From NCBI GenBank assembly GCA_964187785.1, contig OZ076409.1, positions 51,958,001-52,022,000 on the forward strand: 64,000 bases of DNA, written 5' to 3'. This DNA comes from Amphiscolops sp. MND2022. Its lineage: Eukaryota. Positions 27,896 through 38,500 of the stretch are shown here, piece after piece; the stretch's first letter is position 1; the number at the start of each line of letters is the position of its first letter. Below the pieces are notes generated by a model, which ran no database searches, was not told the DNA's origin, and saw only the letters and a list, made by a program, of their open reading frames with translations. Position numbers and translations under genes: made by a program.

Positions 27896-28290
27896 GTACT
27901 TTGAATGATGCTCAACTTCGAGTACTCGTGGGAATCAACAACGACTCGGATGAACCGGCTCGTGCAGAGTCTTCAGACAGCAGTGATGATGACGGAGTTC
28001 CTGTTAATATTGATCAGACTCTTCATGAAGAAGAGGAATCGGAGGGGACCGAAAACTCCATCCATGGCCCTATAGATAGTGACGAGGACGATAATGACAA
28101 CCATGCGCAATCAGAAACATCATCAGTGTTGACAGAGAATGCTGGCACTAGTGAACATGGCGAACATTCGACAACCTCTGATCTGGAATCATTGTCAGAG
28201 CAGGTTACACCTCTACATTTCGAGTCAAGATTGATTGAAACTGACAGTGAGTTTCGAGACCAGCAACCTCTTACAATTGAAATTTTTAAA
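27896..28290 (+). CDS. SNX19-like acidic linker exon
   Basis: TTTTAACAG acceptor, phase 1; open acidic frame; AAA|GTATTC donor, phase 0, joins the PX exon at 46061. Confidence 0.65.
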
Positions 28291-28451
28291 GTATTCAGAG
28301 CAGTTTAAAACTTTTTTGAAAAGGTAAAAGTAAAATTGGTCTTTGAACTCTTGGTATCTTCGAACAAACTCGTTTCTAAACTTCTTTAGAAGATTCGAAA
28401 ATTACTCTAAACATTTTTCATTTGTAAAACAATTTCATGAAGAACGTATAC

Positions 28452-30343
28452 TGTTGGAACTCACGTTCCTAGTAGTATTTTCATTTCCCAGATTGTCTAT
28501 AGGGTCGGTTTCTAGTTCGAAACGCAAAGCGGAACTGCACTGTTCCAAGGCAGAGTTAGAGAGATTGTCTACTTTTGATGTTAAGTCCTCGATCAATCTT
28601 AGGACTTCTCCCTGTCCAAATTCAGTGTCCCTTAATCGTTTAGACAAGCGATTCTCTATTTTACTGGAGATATCCTCAAAGTCTTGCTCAGAAAGACTAA
28701 CGTTTTCGTCATTCGAGTGGTTACAGTTTTCGATCTCTTCCTGGCTAGTGCTTTGGTCACTTCTCAGTTTCCTTTTCTGTGACTTTTCGGGCATTTTCAA
28801 GAATGTATATTCGCTTGGAAAAATTGAATTGAATATTTTCCTGGTGGTAGTTACAGGCGAGTTATTCCCAAGCAGTACTAGTTGATCACAAAATAATATC
28901 CAAAAAGTTTGAGATTTACAAATGAAAGAATTATCAGCGAACAGGTGAAAACAACAATTATTAAGAGTGTGGAAAAAAATATTTGAAATAGCGGTCAAAC
29001 GGTTCGTACAATTATAAAATAACAACTGGTCCTTTCATTATCCCGCTTCAGGTATATATACTTTACGCTAGACGCGCGGGATAAATCCCGCGCGTGAATT
29101 CACACCTTGTTCAGCTCGGCGTCAATCCGAGGCGGGAAATTTTGAATTGGGTCCGCTTCCTCGGGATTCGGCGTTCGGCGTCATCTCACTTCTAAGGAAA
29201 AGTGGGAATCAACTTTCTGCCGAAGTCCCGATTCCGCTTCGCTTTCTTCGTTTCTTGCCAATTCAGGACGCCGAACCAAAGTTGGCACTGAAAATTCATG
29301 AATCTAGCTACTGAAGCGGGAAAGGAAAGTGAAATTAGCATCGAATAATCCCAAATTTTACTGCTGATAAATTAAGGGAAATGCTTCAAATTATTAAATT
29401 AACAGCACTGATTTCCTTTAAATCAGACAATTATGGCCGTTGATTGGCATTTTAAGTCAAAACGAACATTAAAATCCTGGATGAACGCCGGGTAACGTGT
29501 TTCATTTAGAGTAGCCTGGCCGGTTGACCAGGCGGTTGACGCAACTATACATGAACAAAACACTGCACTGTGATAATAGTGAATAATAGCACTGGGAGGG
29601 TTATTTTACCACAATCTTATTAGGTTTTATATTCAACAAGGACAGGTTTGCAATTCAGGTAGCTAGAAGTTATATATTAATTAAATATGTTCGGTCATCT
29701 GCCCAGGCTGTTGTCTTATTAAAGAAAGTTAGCGCTTTGCCTGGGAAGTTGACTCAAATACAAGGTGGATCAAACATATCAAAATACTTCAAATATCGTT
29801 GATTAGTATTTATTGGATGCTCTTTTGGTATTTAGCTTCTTCTAAGCTGTGAAAAACTTGTTTGAATTAGCATCGATTATTTATGGTTGATTGTTCAGGT
29901 AGTGCGACTGAGCGTGCGTCCCAGCTTCAGTCGACTGGTAAGCTGCCTGGGACGTTGACTCAATTCATCAATTTGTATTATCTGCGCTTAAATCTGATTG
30001 GCTAATGCGGATGGAACTATTGAAATTCACTGCTGCCGCTGAGGCAAGTCCCCAGTCAACGCGTTGATTGAAATAATTTCGGTCGGCGCGCTGGCTAGTT
30101 GACTGAACAAATACTGCATTCACTATCATTATTTAATTATTTACATATCTATGTATTTTAGGTACGGCACAGAGGAAGAAAATGTACGTTTGCGTGTTAT
30201 TTAAACAATATCGGGCTGTTTATTGGTCTTCTATTTTAGATTTGTTTTTAGTAATTCTGATCTGCCCTGGTCGTCTTCCTCACTTCCTTCTTCAGGCGTT
30301 CCTCTTATTATATGTGTTCCGTGACACCTCTGGGGTCGCGACA
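28452..30343 (-). repeat. 3' LTR (1892 bp)
   Basis: Direct repeat of 41986-43879. Confidence 0.97.
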
Positions 30344-30358
30344 GTCCCCGGCTTTCTT
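30344..30358 (-). other. Polypurine tract
   Basis: Minus strand AAGAAAGCCGGGGAC immediately precedes the LTR start TGTCGCG. Confidence 0.75.
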
Positions 30359-31235
30359 GAGGGACGTCCGGTATAGGAGGGTGTGGGGAAATCGGTCTGA
30401 ACGGCGACGAAATAGGCTGTTGGAAAACAGATTGTATTAAAGAGTCGTTTGAGAACCAAGACGAGTCAGTCGTCCAGTCGCTCCCCGAAAAGTAGCCAAT
30501 TGAGCTAGAATGGCTCGAAATGGGACTGACTGTTCCAATATTAGGGGCGAATAACCAGCTGTCCATTTCATGATAATTTCGGGATGGACTGATATTTATG
30601 TCATCTTGGATCACGGGGTTGTCCCTGGTAAATCGCCGGATAGTCGGGCCTTCTTCGCTCGCTATAGAGAAAATTTCCACTGGTGCCGTGTCATGATGCA
30701 AAACCAAATGATCTTCTTCGGTCTTTTTGATCTCGTATACATCATGTATTACGGCTGGGGGGGGGGGCGGGAGCCGTTTTGCGGAGATAATTGGATGGTA
30801 GGGGTAGATTGAGCTTGAGGCAATTTCAGGTATTCGTCCTTGTCGCGGTCCAGAATGAAACAGTCGTTAGATAAATCGAATTCTGGTGTCTGCAGTTTCT
30901 TTTGGTTGTAATTGCAAGTATAGCAATAATTGTTTTGACAATAATAGGCTGCTAACAATTTAAGAGTAAGCTGCGGAATAAAGGTAATTATAGTCAACTG
31001 CGTTGGGAATAGTTGAAACGTTTAAGTGATAATTCCCTTTCTTGTAGTTCGTTCACGCCGCTTGCGTGATTGAGAAAGTTTTCAGCTGGCAGACTGAATG
31101 ACTTCCATTACGTCAAAATAATAATACTTCATATTAATGATTACGTTGTTTTTACGCCACGTCTTCGTTTTAATCCCGTTGATGTTATGGTATGGTACTT
31201 TTTCAGATTTGCATTGTTATTTGTCATAACTTAAG

Positions 31236-34200
31236 ATGGCTGCGTCTACTGATGAGGATGCCGCTCGATTTCTGCAGTCTCGCCAGCTGGGCATTGTCGA
31301 AAGTGATGCAGAGGTGGGAAGGAGGGATGAGTCTGTCGAAGAGGATGAGTCGGAGTCGCGTCTTGTAATTGTGGAGAGTTCAAAAGAAAGGGAAGCGGTT
31401 GAGGAGACTGGAGATCGCGACAGTCCTGGTTTGCAAGGTGCTGGCCGTGTTCCTGGATTTGGAGAGGTGGACGATGGTTCAGAGGAGGAAAGTGCTTCTG
31501 AGAGGGATAGCGCTTCCGATGATACCTTGAATTCCGACGGGGATGGCGAGAGTGGTTCAGCCCATTCAACTGGCAGTGACGCCAGGCATGATATAGACTT
31601 CCCTCGTGACCAGCTTGGTAAGTCCTTAGCTATTCTGTTAATGGCCAGTTAACGTTATGAGAGCTAGTATTCTGACGCGTCAATTCATCTACTTTCGTAT
31701 TCTTTGTAGGTCTTTCTGATGACTCACAAGACTAGGATTTCTCTCCTGGCAAATTGCCTCCCGTTTCTGTGTTTCGGCGGAGTAAGCGTTTGAGCTCTAT
31801 TCCGCAGGAGGGGCCGAGTAAGCGAGCTCGTGAGATGTCGCTTGGTGGAGGCGCTGGATCCGGTGATGAGGAGTCATCCAATGTTTCTACTGTAAAGAAT
31901 GAAGGTAGGCATTCATTTGTGTTTGCTGATTGTCTGGAAGTATCGGGGAATGGGTTGTTTTCTTTCTGTCTTCGATGTTTAGTTGTTGGTTGTGTTTCAG
32001 GTCGTAGAGTTAGGTTTGCCGAAGATGTTTCAAGTGATGCCATCTTCGATGTTCCTGGTGTCTCCCAGGATGATGACGGGATTACCGTCGTTGGTGCAAG
32101 TTCCTTCAAAGCTGTGCATGAGCGTACTCAGCATTCTCGCCCCGCAGAAGGACTGGAGGCTTCTGTTCTTCACAACGAATGGGAGCAAGGTTAATCCTCT
32201 CACTATGTTCCTGGGTGTCGGGTTTTGATTGGTAGCGGGTTGCATTGTTTGGAATATTGTTCATCTCCAGTATTTGCGCTTGTGTTTCAGCTGGCTTATC
32301 GGAAATTCCGGCGGGTGCTGTGTGTCTCTCCTCTTCTCAGGTGTTGGCGTTTGGTCAAGCTGCTGTTCGCTTGGAGAAGACTCAGTCGCGTCTGGAATCC
32401 AGTTCTTTGACCCGTCGTAAGTAACTGCTAAGTTGTTTCCTCATCTGATTGGTTCTCTGTTTTCTGATTGTGGTTCCGACAGATTTGTGTATATCTCGTA
32501 GTTTGTTTGCTTCTGTTGGTCTTTAGTTGGTAATGGTTTTGTTTTTGTTTGTAAGCGTTTAGTTGTGTGTTTAGAGCTGGAAGAAGTTGCGCGTCTTCTG
32601 AAGTCGAAAGCGATTCGCCTGCATCGCGATCAATCTGAGGCTGGAGCCGAGGACGATGCTAAACGGAAGCTGTATGCTTCATTTTTGAAGAAGAAGAAAC
32701 ATCCGACTGAGCGTCATGTACTTCGGAAAGAGATGGCCAAGCATGCGATACCTTTATTGTTTGTGAGCCAACGTTCTGATAAAAGCCCCAACGGGTTCAA
32801 CTGCGCTATCTGTCGCAAGGATATCTCATTCTTGAGCAAGGGAGAACCAAAAATTTGGCGTCACTTCGGGAGTAGGACCCATTTCTTGCGTGACAGGCGA
32901 TACAGGCTCGACCATGAGGATTACTTATACACTCCGCGATTCGATGCTGTGGAAGTCTCGTCTATATCAGCCGAGTTACGGGCTGAGATTGAAAAAACTC
33001 CAGCTGTAGTTCTTGGTTGCAAGAACCCATTCGTCGAGGACGAGGTGGATGCTTTGATTGGGGTGTCATCGAACGTTCCTGCTTCCACTCTTGTGGGGGG
33101 TTTATTTGAACTCCTACGTAGTGGTTCGTCGCACAGTTTCCTCAGGAGGTTGTGGAATCAGTTCAGAACTACCATGCCAGTTGATTCCGAATGTGCTCAC
33201 ACGACTTGGAGCAAAACAGAGTCTCTTGACATTTTGACTCAAACTTTGTATCCAAGGATCATCCGCCGTGTACAGTCCTGGTGTAAGGATGCTCAGTTTA
33301 GCGTCAGTTTCCGTGAAGATCGTGATGGTCTTCGGTGCTTTGTGCACTGTTGGATTGCCGGTATTTTACATGAAGTCTGTGTATTGTGGGAACCCGTGAG
33401 GCCTGGTATCTGCGATGATGAGATTTCCTGTTTGTTCCGTTTGTTAGCTGTTCTTCCTGCTGGGACTACACCTCTGTCGTTGCGGGGTTGTTCATCGACC
33501 TTTTTCAATGTCTTCGTTGAGTGGTGTCGGGCTGATAGTCGTCCTGTGCCGATTCTGATGATGGAATATTCTGTGGAGATGTTCAAAGAACATGTACGTG
33601 AGGCTTCTGGGCCAAATGTTGGGTCTTTGGATCCCTTCTCAATCATTAAGTACCTGCTTCTTCGTTTGGGGAAGGCTTCGCATCAGCCCTGGCTTATGGG
33701 TTTGAGTGAGTTGCGTCGTTGTGTGCAGCAGAGTGCAGTGCCCTTCTCTTCTCTATGTGCAGTGCTGGAAGAATTGATATGTAACTGGGGTGATGTCCAG
33801 TCTTATCTGAAAAAGTCTTCAGTTGTTCCTGCCAGTCGGAATAGGGCGCCCTCTGATTTGAATCCGATGGTCTTGGCTGATGCCCAAGTGTTGCCCCGTT
33901 TGAGCCTGTTACACCTTTTGGTGTCGTGCTTCCAGGCTAACTTCCAGAAACTTGCTGCTCAGGGAGGTTGTGACTACAGATGCCGCAATTATGGCGAGTT
34001 CTGCTTTCTCTATTGGAGCATCCTGAGCAAGATGAAGAAACTCTCTGATCTTCCTGACATCGACTCGTGGAGCGAATACGTTGGGCGACCTCTGACTACT
34101 TGGTCCAATGTGGCGTATGTTGATTGTTTCCGTGGAGAGCGCATTATCGGTTTTGCCATGACAGGATTTACTGAGGCTCGGAAACGGGCTTTCTTGCGAG

Positions 34201-35215
34201 ATTGTCATGGTCTGCTGATGGAATTCTTGAAAGTGTTATCACGTTGTCCATTCATTTTCTCACAATTTCCATCAAATTTGAGTTGCTTCTCGCCAGATAT
34301 GTTGCTTCTGGGAGATGAAAATTATGTTGTTGAACTGTTCCGTGGGTTGATGGTGTGCTTCCAGGAGTGTGGGCGTGTGACGAATGTGGTTGCTGAGGGT
34401 GCCTGCAATGAATTCAAGTCCTTTTTAGTGGAACTTCGCCGTCGTAACCGACGTGTCTTGGATACCATCACAGACACCTTCGTATCCTGCAGCAGTCCGA
34501 GGTTTTTAGCTGTCGTGGGAATTTGTCTCATGTAATCCAGTTGGCTTCGCTTGTGGCTATTCCTCGCGAGGTGCAATACCCAGTCGTGGAGTTCTCCCTA
34601 AGTGGTGTTCAGATCCCCAAGAAGATATTACTGTCCTCCATCTTTGCTGTGCAGTCTTTCGTTTCTGCTCCTGGGTTCAATTCAGGCGAATTGTTGACTA
34701 AAGATTGCTTGCTAGAGTTGAAAGCCAATTTGCCTGTTGGAAGGGACTTTCTGAACAATGAGAGTTTCGCTCCATGGCGGCCACTGTATGTACTCAATCG
34801 TCAGGATCTTTACCGTAGTTTGCGGGGCCGGTTCGATGAAAATTATTTGGAGCAAGTTGCTGAGTGGCGTCGTCGTGCTGGTCAGCCGCCACTTACTGGA
34901 TTAACAACCTCCACGATGTTGTCCGTTGCCGATGTCAGTCCACAAACGTCAGTGGCGCCTGGATTGATTGTGGATTCGTCTGTCTCCCCGTTATCAATTG
35001 GTGTATCTTCTGCTACTGTTGTTGGAGCAGAGGGAGGTACTGGATCTGCGGAGTCTCCTCAGGCTTCCTCTTTGTTTGCTGCTCTGTTGTATTCACCGAC
35101 TTCTTCCCGTGATGTTACCGTTACCCGAATGTTGAGGCAGAAACGAGAAGCTCGACAGGCATCGCAAGAGGCAGCGACAGGGGGGAAAGATTCGACCCCA
35201 GTAAAGAAGCGCTAG
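31236..35215 (+). pseudogene. Antisense cargo gene, 5 exons (31236-31617, 31710-31904, 32001-32189, 32291-32416, 32575-35215), ~1180 aa, BED-finger / hAT-transposase-like protein; this copy has TAG at 31733 and a 1-nt deletion near 34484
   Basis: Four GT-AG introns, all phase 1 and frame-preserving; C-X2-C-X16-H-X5-H finger at 32802-32882; 656-aa plus 230-aa ORFs joined by one frameshift. Confidence 0.85.
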
Positions 35216-35567
35216 AATGGGTTGTCTGCGGCCTGAGGTCGTTGGATTTAGACTTCGTAATTGACTGTAACTTTGTTGTTCCTTCTATATTAATTAATTT
35301 CTTTGTAGTGTTCTTGCAATAGAGAAGTGTAAAATGGGAAAAGAAAAAAGTAAAAAAACCCTCAGTCATGATGGGGTATTATCTCAATACATTTTTGGCT
35401 CCTTGTATGTGGTTTCTCTTGAGTTCTCAGATTGAGAAATAGTGATAAGTGAGTCATTTGCAAGTTAATAAGTAAGACGATTATCCTTCCAAATAATTAA
35501 ATATAAGCAGTTTATAAAGTTGGGTCAATGTTCAGCGGATTATATTACGCATAATCCTTTTTCCAGT

Positions 35568-38500
35568 TTAATGGGGGTCTGCTCGCAAATTGTATTTATT
35601 CTTTCGTGGAGAATTTTGGACCGATGGATCAATTTCATGGTTGTCTGAACTGACGTTAGGTACTGTGTCATTTGGGTGTCCATCTGGGTTAAGTGCTGGG
35701 TGAAAATCTTCTGGGTGGGGTGATCGGGTATCTCTTCTAGTCGCTTGGTCTTCGGGTGCCTCGAGAATTGTTAGGGCGGGTTCTGCCTGTGAACGGGTGT
35801 TGGGTGCGGGCAAAATCTTCGGAGTTTGATTGCCAGGCTTGAGCGTATTGATCGTCATGGAAGACGTCTACTTCCTTGTCTGGTATGTAATCCTTGGGTA
35901 AGACTGGTTTGTCTAGGAGCGGTTTGTCAGTTGGGCACGGTTTTAAGCGGATCCTATGAAGGATTCGTGTAAACTTTGTCTGGAGTTTGCGTATGAGGTA
36001 GTTGTTGTTTGGCAAGACTTTGACGACTATGTAAGGTCCTGTCCAGAGGTAATCTCTAAACGGGATTTTGGTGCCATGGGTAATCGCTTTCGGATGAAGT
36101 GCGTAGCAGTATTCGTTGACGTGTAGGGGGTGAGCGTTAGCTTTTTTGTCATAATACTGTTTGTATCGTATATAAGATTGCATTAGGTTTTTGCTCACAG
36201 TTTCTTTATCTGCTGTGTTTTATGGAGTATATCTTCTCCAGGGACCGTCGTCGGTGTTGTTTGTTGTGCGTTACGGATGCCAAGTTTGAGGTCTAACACG
36301 TTGTACGGTATCCTCCCGTGGAATACCCTGCTTGGTTCACAACCTAGGGCGGAGTGGTACAACGTGTTGTAGTTAAGCGTTGCAATAGCCACGTATTGGT
36401 GCCACATTGATCTTCTTTCACCGGTTGAGATCTTTAATGTCTCCTTTAGAGAGGCGTGGCATCTCTCTAGTATTCCAATGGTTTGGGCGTGTTTAGTCGT
36501 GGCATGTCTGAGTTGTATGCCCAGGGTTTGAGTTGCGTCGGCCATGACTCCAGACATGAATTGCGTGCCTTTGTCTGTAATGACTGTGGTTGGGAGGTAG
36601 GCATGGCGTGTCATGATATCTACCAAAACTCGGGCTACTGTGGGGGCATCCGTTCTGATTACGTTGTAAGTAAACAAATGGCGGGTCCATCGCCGTGATG
36701 ATTGCAGTGTAGCCGCCGGAGGGTTCGTCAAAGGGGACAATATCCATTTGGAGGGCATCTTCCGGGCCTAGGACCATCTTGGATGTGTCTACCATCGGTG
36801 GCGTGATGGACCGTTTGTCCGTTCGTTTCGTCTGCATACATTCGGTGCATCGGGAGATGTGATGAGCTATCCTGACTGACCTGCCCGGGTAGTAGTATTT
36901 CTCTCGACACTGCTGTATGACTTTCGCTAAGCCGGGGTGTTTACCTGCCTGGCCATGGTGCGCTAGAATGAAAGATTCGATTAGGTGCTCAGGTAGCAGA
37001 ATCTGTAGGAATTTGACTTTTCCTGCGTGATCGTAGTACTGTCTGTATAACAGTCCATCTTTTAAGATTATTCTGCTGTCCTGGGCAATGTATCGAGCTG
37101 CGCGGTGGTCGCTTGCTAGGAGTTGCTCGTTGTAAGGTTCTTTAAGCAAGCGGAGTTTATAGTTTCGCAGGACGTTGTCTTTGTCCTGTTGGTGTCTCAT
37201 GGTCTTCAATGGACCCTCACACTGTTAGTTTCGGAAGTTGTTTGAGTTACTAGTACTTCCGTTTGGAAGAGGGTAATTTCTTGGTCACTGTTCGTTGTTT
37301 CTGTAGTTATTTCGTTTGTTTGGGGAGGGGGGTCGACTTCGGAAGTGAATTTCTTGCGGGCGCGGAGCTTACGCTCCCATATTTGTATTTGTTCTTCCAT
37401 TTCCAAATCGTCATCGGGCATGAAAAAAATTGTTCTTCTTCTGCAACATCGGACGACTGGATACTTACCTGGATAGGTGTGGTACGAATATCGTCCCGTA
37501 TCGTGAGGTGTACTTTGTCTTTCGGCTGAATGTCAAGGCGGGACAGGAAATCCGCGGCTGTGTTCATTTTGCCCGGTACATGAGAGATGGTGAAGTGGAC
37601 TTGGAGGACGAAATCGCACGCATTCCACAAAGCTTGTGGGATGATTTTCGTCTGGAAAAATCGCGTCACAGATTTGTTGTCCGTGAGGACGACAACCGGT
37701 TTGATTGATTCCCAAAGAATGTGGCTACTCCATGAAGGCGAAGTAGATGGCCAGGAATTCTTTCGCATATATGGAAATTTTTATCTGTGACGGCGAAAGC
37801 ACTTTGGAACCAAATGCCACTGGTTCATAGGTTTTCCTGACTGACGTGATCTTTTCTTCTGCATTCTCCTCAATCATGAGGGCGTAACCCGCTTTCTTGA
37901 AGTTGGCGTCGGTCATGAGCACGTATTGTCTGTTGGGCATGGGTTGTTTGAGCCGTAAACCGCACGCGTTGTCTAAGGATTTGTTGATGCTGGTAAAGCT
38001 GTCCATGATCTCTTTTGTGATCTTGATAGGATTTTCGGCTTTGATAAGATCGTGGAACGGGGCTATCTTTTCGGAGAGCCTGGGGATATAGTTCCGATAG
38101 TAATTTACGAAGCCAATGTAGAGCTGTAGGCCTTTCTTGGTTTTCGGGAAGGTCAATTTTTGCAGGTAATTCTGGATCTTTTGATCTTGTGGGGCAATTC
38201 CCTCGGGTGACACGGTTCGTCCAAGGAGTTGGACTTCCTTGGCATCGAACTGGCATTTAGCCATTGTCAAACGCAATCCTGCTTCGCGGACGCACTGGAA
38301 GACCTCACGCAGGTTGATCTTCAACTCCTTAGCGTTATGGGTGGCAATCCCGATGTCATCGACGTACTGAGCGCACTTGTCAGCTTTGATGACTCTGTCA
38401 AGATATTCTCTCATAAAACTTGAGAAGGAGGAGAGGGATCTGCTGAGCCCTTGTACGAGGCGCAGGTATGCGAATGTTCGACTGGCGAAATTGGAAGCTA

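Noticed and set aside
32565..35215. env gene in the post-pol position
   Set aside because: Opposite strand; no signal peptide or C-terminal TM anchor seen; has a Zn finger and introns
31236..35215. Exons of the host SNX gene
   Set aside because: They lie between the LTRs of a TSD-bounded insertion, and host exons 28290 and 46061 join in phase without them
31000..35560. Independent nested hAT transposon
   Set aside because: No TIRs or 8-bp TSD found by eye around the gene and the catalytic motifs look degenerate; not fully excluded without family comparison
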